This document shows, piece after piece, positions 40,111 to 58,330 of a stretch of 64,000 nt of DNA. The stretch lies in NCBI RefSeq assembly GCF_009914755.1, contig NC_060941.1. One strand, written 5' to 3'. Under the pieces are notes generated by a model. It made no database searches. It was not told the origin of the DNA and saw only the letters and a program-made list of their open reading frames with translations. A program made the position numbers and the translations under genes. The first letter of the stretch is position 1. Every line of letters starts with the position of its first letter. The stretch is from the human T2T-CHM13v2.0 reference genome, Homo sapiens.

Positions 40111-41445
40111 TGGGAGGCTGTCCCCTGCAGCACAGGGACAAATATCAGAATCCCAAAGTGGCCACACCTACTACTCATCCTGCCAGGGACCCTTCCACCT
40201 GCTCCACGAACAGGGTTCTCTTCGCAGAGGGTCTGTTTCTGTGGCTGGCTGGGCGAGCAGGGATCAGCGGAAAAGGAGGTGACAAGGCTTCAACTTTGGC
40301 ATCCCTATTCAGTGAGAAGAATGGAGCACCCAGATTATAAGAGGGCCAACTGGGAGACTGAGTAAGGAGGAAACACCTCCCATTTCACCTTGCCTGTGAG
40401 CTGAGGAGGTAGTAAGGGTTGGGCAGCTGCTGCTCCCATCCCGACCCTCCCAGCCTCCATCCACACCTCCTCCCAGAACTGCCTTCAGAGGAGCCAGCCA
40501 GGCTGGGCTTGAGGATGTCAGGCCAGGAATGGCCAGGGGCCCAGAGGGGTGGGCACCAGCTGGGGCCTTGCTTCAGCAACACAGCCAGAGCTGTGCATAC
40601 CAGGGCCAGCAGTGGCCGTTTTTCCAAGCTGCAGTGGCTGCTGAGCCAGAGGCTGTCCCTGTGGATTCTTGCCACCTGCAATTCCCAGTCTTCATGGGTG
40701 GGAAGAAGGCTCATCTAGACACCCCAACCCAAGGAGAAGGGTAGTGCCAATGCGTGCCCCTGGGACAAGAGGACTTTATTTGCCCTCACCTGTGTCCTTT
40801 GATTTGGGGACTCTGGGGACCCTGGCCAAGATACATGTATGTGCTCCAAAGCCTTAGCTTCAACTCTAGCCATCGGTCATCCAGAGCTTAATTCCTTATG
40901 TGAAAACAAAAATGCTAGCAAGAGAATAGAAGCCTTGGGGAAGTTGCCCAGAATAGAAAGGCTTTAAACCGCCAGAAAGCACTGAGCATTTCAAATCGCT
41001 ATCCTGAGTCAACTGGTGCCGAATCCTCTTTCAAGCTTTGAATCAACACTGTCCAGCTAGTACTGTTGACTCAGGAGGGTCCAAGGGTTGACCAGGGGAG
41101 AGATAGCTGTGTGTGGCCTGGGATCAGAGCTCTCCAACCCTACTTTCTGGAGCTCTTCCAACCTGGACTTCTGACTCAGGCTGTACAGCAAATATTCTTG
41201 TTTTCGCTGATTTCTCTACATGTGAAGAATCTGAGTGGTTTGGATCCCAACCATTTAGATGGATGACTGGACTTATAGCCCTCCTGGACCCTTGCCAACT
41301 ATGATTCAGCCATTCTTCCTACCCCAAAGGGAGTTGAGCAACAAATGATATACTGCAGTTTTTGCCTGATAGATGCAATTTACACATCAGCAAAAGCTTC
41401 CCAACAGGAAGGTCTGACATGGACGATGGTGAACAGCATTCCCTG

Positions 41446-41620
41446 GGCCTGGCATACTGGCTTATGCCAGTAATCTCAGTGCTTTTGGCCGGGGGGGGGG
41501 GGGCCGAGGCAGGTGGATCACTTGAGCCCAGGAGTTCTGGAACAGCCTGAGCAACATAGCAAGACCCTATCTCTACAAAAAAAAAAAAAAAAAAAAGAAA
41601 AGAAAGAAAAAGAAAAAAAA
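41446..41620 (+). mobile_element. FLAM/AluJ left monomer with internal poly(G) run
   Basis: Single monomer with A tail; TSD acagcattcc. Confidence 0.9.
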
Positions 41621-42450
41621 GGACAGCATTCCACTTATTCTCAAGAGGTATTTAAATTCTGAAGAATTTATCATCACCTTGCACAAAGAATGGAACCAGG
41701 AGTATCCATGTTTCTTCTGTGCCCTTGAATTCTCCAGTGACTTCATCTTTAGCTAAAATCTCAGCAAAATGTGGAGGAATGGCTACTCCTGAGCAGTTTT
41801 CTCTTGGCTCCCTGGGATCATGTAGCAGAGGTCTGGCTTGGTCAGAAATACTGTCCTTTCCAGAGATATGGTCAATAGGCAATAGTGAGGGGGAGGGAGA
41901 GAGAGAGGATAGGGCTGAAGGGGGTTATTACTATAGAGCCAGAGGGTCACATGTCCCTATTCAATTCCACACAAGAAGGCTCAGCTATAATCACCAACCC
42001 ACTTGCTTCCCTACAAGGTAACCATGTCACAACCAGTTCCTCCCAGAGGATTCAACATCACTGCTCATCTCCTCAGACCAATCAAGAGGATTGGTCATTG
42101 GGAAGTCATCCTGAGCTGTGACCACTCTCTGGAACCCAGAACTTCCTGCTTCACATGGACTGGATGAATGTCTAGGGGCACAGCTGTTTCCAGACACCTG
42201 GTTTGTCTTCAGAATCTCAAATCTTAAAGGCTTTCTGGTCCAACCATCCAATGCATGGTGAGGCCCCTTCTGGATTGCCCCTGCCTGCAGCATCCTGGTG
42301 TGTGCCTACATATTTCCAGGGACAGCCAGGAAGATTCCATGCAATTATGTGTTCCCTGTTCCAGGGGAGCCCACAGCTTGATCAGGGGACAGACTGTATC
42401 TTCCATCAACTCAAGAACTAAGACTCAAATTAAAAAAATGCAAGGCTGGG

Positions 42451-43208
<758 letters not shown>

Positions 43209-44759
43209 TTCTAAATTGCAGGATGAAGAAATAAAGAGAGGGTGAAATCATTCTGGGAAGTTTCCTTGAAAGGGGTGAGTCATAAAGAGGGGGTTGGGTG
43301 CAGGTGAGGAGGAGGAAGATTACAGACTGCAGGGATGAGCAAATACCATTTCCCAGGATTTCCTGAAGTTTTTCTCCCCTCCCAAAGCCCAAATCTGCCT
43401 CTTTCTGGGGCCCAGCGAGGACCCTGGAAGACAGAGATCCTAGAAAAAGCAGAGGGAAAAGAAGAGGAAGAGAACATGGAGAAACCGCCAGGGAACAGAA
43501 CTCTTGGTCCAGGAGGCGCAAACCACAAGTGCAATTAGTCAAAAAAAAACCCTGAAATTAAAAAATGATTCCAAGCTGAGGAGGGGAGTACATAAGTTAC
43601 TGCAGCCCCAAGACATTTATGAATAATACAAATGCTGTGAGGTGCTGAGCCTGAGCACAGTTAATTAATATGTACAGGAGCAGAGATGCACTTGAAAAAC
43701 AATAGTGCTGTTTCCCCCTCGCCAGAAGTAAAAATATTTCCAGAAAGACTGACACGTGTATTATTTTCTAACATAATTACCTTATTGTGGAGCATTTGTA
43801 ATGGAACACATTAGAGACGCTAAGCACCTGCCTGCCTTCCCTTAATGCAGTTTGGTTCAGTGGTGCTGGGCACTGGAGGTGGGAGGAGGCTGGCAGGGTG
43901 GCAGCGGTGGGGGCGTCTCGGGAGATCTGTGCACACACATACTTGATGCCCTTTCTCTCTCCTTCCCCTACTCGCTTTCCTTAAACCAAGCAAACATCCT
44001 CTCCCTTCCTCCTTCCATTCCCTCCCCTGCCTGCCTTACTGCCACCCACTTCTAGGGACCTCCGTGAGCTAGTGACAGCCTGAGGGGCAAAGCTGAGAGA
44101 TTCAGGGTTCCCCGATGACTGGCTGAGAGAAAACGTCTGCAGAAGGAGAAAAAGCAGAAGCCACCCTCTGCCGGAGGAGGGAGAAGGGATGAGAGGGGAC
44201 AGGCCTAGGGCTTAAATGTTCGCCCCAAGACCCAGAATAGCCTAGCACTTCAGCCTTTCTGCTATCCTTGTTTTGCAAGGATGTAGAGTGAGAATATTGA
44301 TCTGGGAGGCTGGGACCCTAGGTTCTAGTCCTCACTCTTCTAGCCCAAAGACCAAAAGTCACTTTGTCTCTGAATCTCCATGTCCTCACCTGTAGAAGGG
44401 CACCAGTGGAGGACAGCTGGCCTGGCTGGCCTCCAACATCCCTGCTGCCCAATGTCCTGAGCACATCAGCCACTCAGCCAAGAGGTGAGCGGTGTCATCC
44501 TATCCAGCCTTTTTCCCCCACAGTTAAGAATGCCTCGCCCAACAGATAGATGCCCAATTTACTCTCTCCCAGGAGAGAAATGCCTGTCTTCTCCCTTCCA
44601 CTCCCATTGGCTCCCTGCCGTGCCCAGCCTCCCTGCTCCTCCCATCGCCACACACATAATGGAATCCAGAAGGCGGGCGCCCATGCTGCCATGTGCATGG
44701 TGTGCCATCCCTGGCCACGCCCACCTGGCCAGGCTCCATCCTTGGCACCCGCCTCTCCT

Positions 44760-46340
44760 CATCTTTTCCTCTTGCTCCTCTCCCTCTTGCCACCCTTAAA
44801 CACTGGCCCCCTCCAGCATTTTGCCCTTGGCCCTCCTCTCTTCCCATTTTCTGGGCCCTCCTATGGTTTGATTGCACAGATAAATTTTATATCTGTCTTT
44901 AAATCCCAACCCTTGCTTCTGAGCTCCAGAATTTGTAAATACAGCTGGCAGTGGGACATCTTTATCTACTTAAGAATCACTGTGCCCAAATGGAGCCCTT
45001 TATCTTCCCCACTAAACCTGCTTCTCCTCCTATTTTCTATTTCAGGGACTGGCATTCCCCTACTCTCATAATTCAGAAATCCAAGAGGCTTTCCAGAATC
45101 CCCTTTCTCTTTATATCTCATACTCATCTGGCCACAAAACTGATCTTATGCCCAAAATAGCCCAGGACTCTCTTTCCTGTCTTCACTGACACTGTCTTCC
45201 TTTCTTGAGCAGATTCATCGGGTAGTCTTTCATCTGTACATCCTCCCTACTGAGCTCGCCCAGAGGCTGGCACTTGGGTAAATGGCAGCAAATATTTACT
45301 GAATGAATAAGCCCCATCTCAGGCCGTTCCATTGTCCACATTGCTAGTGGTCCTTCTCCTAAAATCCAGAGATAATTATATCTTTGTCTTGCTTGAAAAC
45401 CTCCATAACATGCCGTGACTTCCAGGATAGTTTCACCCCATGCTGCCTAATTTTACATGGTTTGTACACCCTCCAACACCATCTCCAGCAGGCACCCATG
45501 GCAATACCAGCTCCTGTGTCTCTAATCAAAGGCCCCATCTCATGCTTTTGTGCCTTGCATGTGTTGTCCCTGTTGCCTGGAGCATCATTCATCCGCCATC
45601 TGGTCAACCTCTATTGTAATCTAAGAATCACTATTCTGATGATCTATCACTATGTAATGAATAACCCCAAACTTAGTGGCTTAAAACAACAATCATTTTA
45701 TTACCATATCTTATAGTTCTGGGCTTGACTGGGCTCAGAACTGGGTTCTGTTCTTGTTCGTGGTCTCTCATATGGCTGCAGTCAGACAGTGGCTGGGCTG
45801 GAGTCATCTTGAGGACTTTCTCACTCACATGTCTGCCTGGGTCAGTGGGTACCACCTACACATAGGCTCTTCATGTGGCTTGGGCTTCCTCCCAACATGG
45901 TGGCCATGTTGTTAGAGCAAGCATACTGAGAGAGAAAGATCAGCAGAAGCTTCTTGACCTTTTCTAACCTAACCTTGGAAGTCCTGTAGCATCACTGCTG
46001 CTACAGTCTACTCATCAAGGTTGTCACAAGGGCCTGCCCAGGTTCAAAGGAAGGGGATATTTCACTTCGTGATGAGGGAATGGCAAGGTTCTGAAGAGAG
46101 CATGTGGGATGGAAATATTGTTGCAGCCACTGAGGGAAAATATAATCTGCCACATATGACAGCCCCTCCTCCAAGAAGTCCTTGGATGTCCCTTTCCCTC
46201 CTCCAGGCTACTCCTGTGCCTCTTGCTAGTATTCCCCACCATATGTGCTGTCATTATTTTTTAGTTTAGTTCATTGAGGGCATGGGCTATCTTTTACTTA
46301 TCTTTGTGCTTCGCACATAGTTGGTTCTCATTAATTGCTT
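44760..46340 (+). mobile_element. L2 relic, fragmented and split by an MLT1 LTR
   Basis: L2-like tctgagctccaga, taaacctgcttctcctcc and cacatagttggttctcattaattgcttg segments. Confidence 0.6.
45632..46154 (-). mobile_element. MLT1G/H-family MaLR solo LTR
   Basis: ccccaaacttagtggcttaaaacaacaatcatttt ... tgtggcttgggcttcctc ... aaaatataatctgccaca. Confidence 0.85.
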
Positions 46341-48499
46341 GCAAATTACTCACTGAGGAAGTGAGAGACTGAGTATGACCTGCTAACCCATAGCAAGGAA
46401 TGTTCTTTCCAGAGCAGGAAGTGACTTCCCAGGATGGCCACCACTCAGGCAATTGTGGGCAGAAGCCCTGGCTGAAGCTACTCCTCAACTAAAACATACC
46501 TGGCCCTCACTGCTGCCATTCAGGACGCCTCTCCCATGTAAGATCTGTTACCTGCTGGCAGGTGTGCACAGGTGAAGCCCTTTGATTCTCCCCAATACCA
46601 CCTCTACCTTCTTGCTCCTGTTTTAAAATTTCCAGCAGTGGAATGAAAGGTGGCTCCATGAAAGAGGGAAGAGTGTGGGAAAGTTTGGAGGGTTGGTGGG
46701 AGGCAAAGGGAGAGGAAGCCCCTTCCTTTCTCCCTCCCATTCCCCATTGGCCCTCTGGAGCCATGGAGCACAGAAATATCCCTTCTCATTTCCCGGCACC
46801 ATTCCCCAGCTGCCTGGCCAGGATTGCTGGGCCTTGGGAGCAATTGTTTGCTGAGCCATTCAGCGGGCAGCTCCCTCATGGGCACACAGCCCCACTGCCT
46901 GACAGGCTGTGTGCAAGGGGACAGGCCTGAATGACTGTAATATGAACCATGAAAGTGGATATTAAAGGCTTTATTACAGGGTGAGGACTGCTAATTGCAA
47001 CTTTCCTTTCAGGAAGCTGGAGCTGATGAGTTTAAGCAGCGGCACCCAATTATTATAACTCTGTCAGCACAGAGCAGGGGAAAGGTGGGGGAGGGGAGGA
47101 GGCAGGCTGAAGGCACAATTACCTGAACTTTATCCAAGGCACACACCGCTGGCCTGGAATGTTAAAGGGAGATTGGTTCTGCTCTGAGCTTCCTCCCTGT
47201 CACAGCTGTGTTGTTGTTGATTGCTGATCCCCCAGCCCTTCTCCCCTGCCCTGCAGTCTTCTTGTGGAATAGGTGGCACTTGTGTACATCAAATGACACC
47301 CAAGCCCTCCCTGGCCCCTGCTGCTGACGCAGCCCCCTTGCTGAGACCTAAGGCCTTCCACGGCACCTTGGAATCAAGCTGCCCAGGCTTCCATTCTTTA
47401 GATGGGAAAGTAGACTCAGCGAAGACAGGAAGTTGCCCAGATTACCCAGCTCTTAAGCGGCAGAGCAGGAGGTAACCGGAGGCTCCTTAAAATTCAGCCC
47501 CAGGTATAGGCACTGCCCACCATGTACACGGGCTGAGTATTCTGATGTGCTCCCGGAGGAAGAAAATGCAGCCCTTGCTAGGGAGATGACTTGTAAACAG
47601 CATCATCATTCAAACTCATCATTACCATGCTCTAAGTGTGTTCAGTGCTTTACATTTCACAGAGTGCCTTCAGATATTAGTGTGTTCCAGTGTTGCTGAG
47701 CACCTACTGGGTGCCAGGTGCTGGAGACAGAGATGACAGATGATGTTTCTGTCTGCAAGGAGATCACAGCTTAGTGGGAAGACACACAAGCCGACCGACA
47801 ATTATGATACCGAGTCTAAAGTGCTAGATAGAGGTGTCCTCACACACATTACCGCCTTTAATTTAATCACATAAATTTAAGTGAGTGCACATAAAAAGCT
47901 AATACTACAAGGTGTGGTCTGCTCAGTGTCAGTTGAGCAGCACAGATAGCAAAAATAGAATTGTTCCCTGTTGGGAGAGCTCACCGTTGCACACGGTGGT
48001 CAACGGTGGGTTCACTAAAAAGGCAGCTCTGATGGATAGGTAAGAATTCAAAAGGCAGCGAAAAGGGATAGGAGTTGGGAGTGATGGGGAAGAGAGCAAA
48101 GTTTCTTTTTTGCATCCAACTAGAGGGTCTGTATCTGAAATATTGATCCCTCCTTATCCCCATCCAAGAGTATTAAGGTTGTCTTTGTCATGATGAAGTT
48201 AGAGCAGTGTAGTGAACATGCAGGCCCCTATGCTGGGCATTGAAGATGCCCCAGAACAATGATGAGGGCTTAAGATCTAGGAGTCTTTTTCCTCATTGCA
48301 CACAGGGCATCATCATAACAGATTGTGATGAATGTAGGGGAGTGGACAGAATCAGGTAGACCTCATTCCTTGGACTTGTGCGTGCTCAGAATGAACCTGC
48401 CTGACTCATGTTCCTCAGCCAAAGAGTCCTGATCAACCAGGAGATGTGTCCCATGTACTGAGATGTAGGACGTGAAGGAGCCACAAATATGAGAACGGT

Positions 48500-48960
48500 G
48501 GAATCAAGGGTTCTTCCTTACACATGTCAAGCCTGAGATGACTGCTAGATAACAACATGGAGCTGGATGGATTTTGACAACAGTTTTGGAGTTCAAGAAC
48601 AATATAGGCTGGTGATGGGATAATTTGGGTGTCCTTGGCATCTGGATGGGATATAAGATCATAAGATAGGAGGAGAATACCTGGAGAGAGAGAAACAGAG
48701 AAAGAGATCAGGTGCACATAGGTTGCACTCTGGTGGGGGCAGATGCCAGCCAAAGAGAAGGAGGTGGGAGGAAAGACAAAGGAACATATTGCCCTTCAGG
48801 TGAAGAGAGAGATGGTCCAGGAGAGAGTGGTACATGAGGTAGAATTCTGCAGAAAAACCAAATAAAATGAGGATTGAAAAGTGGCTCCTCAATTTGTCAA
48901 CATGGATGGCCCTGGCTTGGATGGAAAATTTAGAAACCAGTAGGAGTGGTTGGAAAGTGA
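48500..48960 (-). mobile_element. L2 fragment
   Basis: ttggagttcaaga ... ggctggtgatgggataatttgggtgtc ... aaaatgaggattgaaaagtggc ... aatttgtcaacatgga. Confidence 0.65.
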
Positions 48961-48967
48961 AAGGCAA

Positions 48968-50221
48968 CAGCCCTATTCAAATAAACTCTGACCCTTACCT
49001 CACACCACACACGGTGAAATTGGCACCAAGAAGATTGTATCTTGTAGTGTTAGCAATCACTTGCATTTATATGATTAAATTAAAGGAAGTGGTGCATGTA
49101 TGCACATCTCTATCTAGTGCTTTTCATACCATATTATAATTGTCAATCAGTTTGTGTATTTCCCACACTAAGTCATGAGCTCCTTGCAGAGAGAGTCAGA
49201 ATCTGTCATCTTTTTATCTCCAGTGTAACTTACAATGGATCAGAGACATAAAATCTAAAACTGTAAAACTTCTGGAATAAAACATACAAAAACATTTTGT
49301 AAACTTAGGATAGGCAAAAATTTCTTAGGACACAAAAAACATGAAAAAAATTGATAAGTTATACTTTACAGAAATGTAGAAATTCTGCTATTCGAAAACA
49401 CATTAATAAAATGAAAAGGCAAGCCACAAACTGTGAGAAAATATTTATAACATGCATATCTCACAAAAGAATTGTACCCAGACATATAAAGAATTCTTAT
49501 AACTCAATAATATGACAAACGATTCAATGGGAAGAAAAAGGAAAATATTTAAACAAACACTTAACCAAAAAAAAGAAACACATGACAAGATTCTCAACAC
49601 TATTAGTCATTAGATGTCTTAGTTCATATGGGCTGCTATAAGAGAATTCCATAGACTGGATGGCTTGTAAAAAACAGAAATGTATTTCTCATTGTTCTAG
49701 AGGTTGTGAAGTCCAAGATCAAAGCACTGGCAGATTTGGTGTTTGTTGAGGGCTCACTGCCTGGTCCCAGAGGGCCATCTTCTAGCTGTGTCTTCATATG
49801 GTGGTAGGAACAAGGGCACTAATCTTATTCATGGGCACTACCCACCCAAATCACCTCCCAAAGGCCCCACCTCCTAGTACCATCTTGGTGATTAGGTTTC
49901 GCCATATGAATTCACAAATATTCAGTCTATAGCATCAGGGGAAATGTAACTTAAAACCACAACGAGGTACTACATTACATACCTATCAGGGTAAAATAAA
50001 AAATACTATCCATACCAAGAGTTCGTGAGAAGAAGGGGCAACTTGAACTCTCACGTATTGATGGTGGCAATGTAAAGTGGTCCAATCACTTTGGGAAACA
50101 ATCTGGGAGTTTCTTATAAAGCTAAGTATATACTTCACATATGACCCAACAATTCTACTTCTACATATTTACCCAAGAGAAGTGAAAATGTGTGTTCAAG
50201 CACTTGTATGCTAATGTTCAT

Positions 50222-50223
<2 letters not shown>
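48968..50223 (+). mobile_element. Old L1M (MC/ME-type) ORF2 3' region; resumes at 54166-54615
   Basis: acccttacctcacaccacacac, aaaatgaaaaggcaagccaca, atatgacccaacaattctacttcta; continues after the L1PA insertion. Confidence 0.85.
49615..49934 (-). mobile_element. MLT1A0-like solo LTR nested in the old L1
   Basis: tgtcttagttcatatgggctgctata ... attcagtctatagca; L1 sequence resumes on both sides. Confidence 0.9.
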
Positions 50224-54165
<3,942 letters not shown>

Positions 54166-54615
54166 GAATTTTATTTTTAAAAGCCTCAAACTAGGAACCC
54201 AGATGTCTACCAACAGGAGAATGCGTAAACAAATTGTGGCATACTCATACAGTGGAACTCCACTCAGCAATAAAAGAGGATGAATTACTGATATGTGCAA
54301 CAATGACATGAACCTCAAAAATATTATGCTGAGTGAAAGATACCAGACACCGAAGAGTACATACTGTATGATTCCGTTTATATGAAATTCTAAAAAAGGT
54401 AAAACTATCTGTGCTGATGGACAGCAGATCGAAGGTTGCCAGGGCTGCTGAGGGGAGTGGGGATTGGCTATAAATAGCCATGAGGACACTTTGTGTGCTT
54501 CTGCATCTTTATTGGCATTGGCGTTAGATGAATGTATATATTTGTCAAAATTGATCAAACTGAGTACATTTTGTTGTATGTAAATTGTATCTCAATAAGT
54601 TTAGTTCTTAAAAAA
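54166..54615 (+). mobile_element. Old L1M 3' portion
   Basis: aaacaaattgtggcatactcatacagtggaa ... atgaacctcaaaaatattatgctgagtgaaaga ... tgtaaattgtatctcaataa. Confidence 0.85.
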
Positions 54616-55059
54616 ATGGGTCCACCCTATAGTACAATACCTTATGCTTTCCAAATGCATGAAAATACATGCACTCCCATATATATATGTGAGTGCGTAG
54701 AAACATCCAGAAGGATAGAAACCAAAATGACTGTATTATTTGCCTCTGGATAGAGATGGGGAAGAGGACTCAGAGAAAGGTAAGGGGCCAATGGGCCTTT
54801 TGCCTTAATTATATTGCTTTAATTTTTTAAAAGGACAATGGTGTTCATGTATTGCCTTGTACGTAGATTTTTGAAACAGGTGCACAGCAGATGTAAACAG
54901 AGGCTATTCCACTGTGAAACCTCAACTGAAAGTCTTTTACCTGTTTGGACTAGCCATTTCGTTCAATTATTTATTGAGCATCTATGTTTCTAGCAACACA
55001 ACGATGAGACAAGATTCTTCCTGTCTCTGCTCTGAGTCTTCCTTCAGCTCACTCTAAAG

Positions 55060-55240
55060 GATCCAGAGAGCCCAAAGTTCAACACCCATCACTTACCAGC
55101 TGCGGGACCAATTTACTCAAATTTTTAAGCTTCACTTTTTCTGCTTCATAATAGCACCTGTCACATAAGGGTTCTTGAGGGATTCAATGAGTAAACAGAG
55201 GTAGAGTTTGGCAGAGGGTTTAATAAGCAAGAGCTCAGAT
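55060..55240 (+). mobile_element. MIR
   Basis: catcacttaccagctgcgggacc ... aataatagcacctgtcacataagggttcttgagggattcaatgag. Confidence 0.6.
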
Positions 55241-55265
55241 TCGTATTTTATTATTATTATTACTA

Positions 55266-55433
55266 CCATATTTTATTGATTCTAAGACAGTGTTTTCCTA
55301 TTTTAGTATTCCAGAAATTGGGCACATTTTACAATCAATGTCATAATTTATTTGGCAGGTTTTTTTCTTTCTTGGTGTATAAAATAGTGGTGCACCTTAC
55401 AGTTGGTGGTGTCTTAGATTCTATGAAATATGG
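55266..55433. mobile_element. MER104-like Tc1/mariner (Tc2) MITE
   Basis: Terminal inverted repeats ccatattttattgattctaagac ... gtcttagattctatgaaatatgg, preceded by TA. Confidence 0.75.
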
Positions 55434-55882
55434 TGATAGCATCTCTCTCTCTTAGCCTTCTTATGAATTCTTGTCAATATTTAACCAACATCAGAAACGG
55501 GAAAAAGCTAATCCTCCTACCAGTCTAGGGAGAAAGAAAAAGCAGGAATGATGTAATGAAACCATCATTGTTGATAACCCAACAATAAAATGTTCCACCT
55601 GGCACAGCTGTCACTTTGGGGAAGGCCCAGCCACGAGTAGCTCTTTGGGTACCACCCTCTGCCCACTTGCTGCTGTGCTACCTCCTCCCTGCATGGCCAA
55701 GTCTGGTCCCCTGCTCTTCGGCCAGGCTCTTCCATCCACCTCTTGACTTCCCGCATCTGGCTTTCCTCTACAACAATGGCAAGTATCTTTCAGTTTCTTC
55801 CTTACCCCTTGCCTCTGTTCCCTCATGCCATGGCCATCTGAAAGTTCCTGATGGGCATTCACCCATCAGGAACCTTTTTGGT

Positions 55883-56378
55883 GTGTCAAATGGGTAGCAA
55901 GTCACGGTAAAGTATCAAGCCACAAAAGCCAACATTGGCTAACTTGTGCAGAAGAGATTGCTTTGGAAAGAAAGCAGGGGCACTCACAGAATGGACAGGA
56001 GGGGTGGTGAACCAGTCTGGGAAAATGAACAGGAACCAAAGGAAGTCAAGCAATGAAAATAAAGTGGCCAGGGTGCCACTGCTGGTGGCCCCCACTTCCA
56101 TCCGAGCCCTAGGACTCTCAGCCATGCTGCAGTAGCGACTCACCCAGCGCACCCCATAACTCTGTGTCACTCCCTCCATACAAGGCCGGCTCAGAGTGTT
56201 GAATTGATTGGCCCAGCTGTGTGTCCTCAACATATTTGTGGGGGCAGAATGGGAATGTTGGGCCCCTTTAAGCACCTTCCTTCTCCTGCCGTCCACCAGG
56301 CATCACAATGGGAAAACCTGGCCACTTAGGAAGGGAGTAGACACTTGCTGGACAGATAAACAACAGCAAATGTTCACT
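55883..56378 (-). mobile_element. MLT1K/L-like old MaLR LTR
   Basis: tggctaactt ... ctcacagaat ... tgattggcccagct ... tgctggacagataaacaacagcaaatgttcact. Confidence 0.55.
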
Positions 56379-56459
56379 GAATGTGTTTTTATGAATGCTC
56401 ATCTTTCCAATACTAGAGGTTGATTTAGAAGCCCAACACTCAGAAATGTTTCCTGTTTG

Positions 56460-56680
56460 AGCAAAATAATGTGTACACACGGACATACAGTGTGGAATAA
56501 TAGACACTGGAAGCTCAGAGGGCGGGAGGGCGAAGGGGATGAGGGATGAGAAATTATTTAATGGGTACAATGTATAGTATTCAGGATGATGGTTACACTA
56601 AAAGCACAGACTTTACCACTAAGCAATATATCATGTAACAAGACTGCACTTGTACTCCCTACATTTATAAAGAAAGAAAG
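56460..56680 (+). mobile_element. L1PB-type 3' end
   Basis: gtgtggaataatagacactgga ... gatgagaaattatttaatgggtacaatgta ... actgcacttgtactcc; degenerate TSD. Confidence 0.88.
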
Positions 56681-56988
56681 ACAGGTTTTCTGTTTGGTAT
56701 TTTGTCTGAAATTTGGGCAAGCAGAGACTTCCTTAGGCTCAGTGGGCTAAGAAGCCAAGTTAGCCCATGAGCAGGGCTAATGGAGAAATTAATCCTATGC
56801 GCCACCTCGGCACCCCCAACAGCTAACCCTTCTTACAAAGTAGAAGCTATAACATTTTATTAAAGCAAAAAAGATTCTAGAATTATGAATTACTGTCACT
56901 AGTGGTAGTCAATTAAAGCAATATTTAAAGAAATAAAGATACCTGTGTACTTTTTAAACGAATGCTTGACTCATCACCAGTTAAAGCT

Positions 56989-57318
56989 AGTGGTTCTCAG
57001 AAAGGCAGAGTCAACCAGAACGTGTCAGAAATGCAAATTCTCGGGCCCCTCCGGAAACCTGCTGCATCTTCAGTCACTCTAGGGTGGAGCCCAGCAGTTG
57101 CTTTAACAAGTCCTCCACGTGAATTTGATTCATGCTGATGTCGAGAACTGCTGGTTTAATCTTAACCTTGGCTACACGTGAGAATCACCTGGGGAGCTTT
57201 TAAAATATTCAATGCTGAGGCCCCACCCTAAACCAATTACATCTGCCTGGTAAGGGAAGGGGCTTGAAACAAAAAGCTTCCTAGGTGGCTCGAATGTGCA
57301 GACAGGGTTAAGGGACTC
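56989..57318. mobile_element. Two adjacent MER5-family MITEs
   Basis: agtggttctcag ... agaaatgcaaattctcgggcccc, then cttaaccttggctacacgtgagaatcacctggggagcttttaaaa. Confidence 0.75.
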
Positions 57319-57694
57319 AGATATAACCTGTGGTTATACAGAACATGTCTGTAACTCATGCGAACTTCTCACCACCCTTTGAGAGTAGGTTATTGTCTCT
57401 ACTACCTTGAGATTTTGGAAATTGTCACTTTCCTGTTAAACTATTCATCTCAGTAAAGAAAAACTCACCCCTTCCTGGTAGTCTCCATCCAGGGACAACA
57501 GTGGCTATCATCAATAGCACAGCCCTGGGGAACCTCCTTTCCAGTGCAGAATTCATCTTTTCGTTCTCTAAAGAAGGTTTTTCACGGCCCACCTTGCTAA
57601 CATGCTCTCTCCACCACCCACCCAAATCGGTGGGCATCAGAAGACATCAGTGTTGCTTAGGTGAAAAGCAGCTGTTACTGTTTCAAACAAGATT

Positions 57695-58330
57695 TGGGAA
57701 GGGGAAGGAAGGGATAGAGAGCGATTTGACAAAGGATACAAAATTACAGGTAGATAGGAGGAGTAAGTTCTAGTGTTCTAGAGCAGTGGTCACCAGCCTT
57801 TTTGGCACCAGGGACGGGTTTCATGGAAGATAATTTTTCCACGGACTGGAGTGGGGATGGGGATGGTTTTGGGATGATTCAAGGCATTACATTTACCATT
57901 AGATTCTTCTAAGGAGCGCGCAAACTGGATCCTTCACATGCGCAGTTCACAGTAGGGTTTGTGCTCCTATGAGAATCTAACACCACTGCTGATCTGACAG
58001 GAGGCAGAGTTCAGGCGGTAATGCTCGCTTGTCCACCACCCATCTCCTGTGGGCGGCCTGGTCCTAACAGGCCATGGACCACTGAGACCCCTGTTCTACA
58101 GCACCATAGGATGACTACAGTTAACAATAATATATAGTTTCAAATAGCTAGAAGGAGAATATTGAATGTTCCCAACACAAACATAATAAAATTTTGAGAT
58201 GATGGATATGCTAATTACCCTGATATGATCACCATACATTATATGTATCAAAACATCACTATGTACCCCATGAATATGTCCAATTACTTGTCAATTAAAA
58301 AGATAAAATAAATTGGCTTTTTAAAAAATA
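57695..58330 (+). mobile_element. L1MA-type 3' end split by MER1B
   Basis: aaaggatacaaaattacaggtagataggaggagtaagttctagtgttcta | gcaccataggatgactacagttaacaataa ... gatggatatgctaattaccctga. Confidence 0.9.
57784..58093. mobile_element. MER1B hAT-Charlie element
   Basis: cagtggtcaccagcctttttggcaccagggac ... gacccctg; 8-bp hAT-type TSD ttctagag / ttctacag. Confidence 0.9.
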
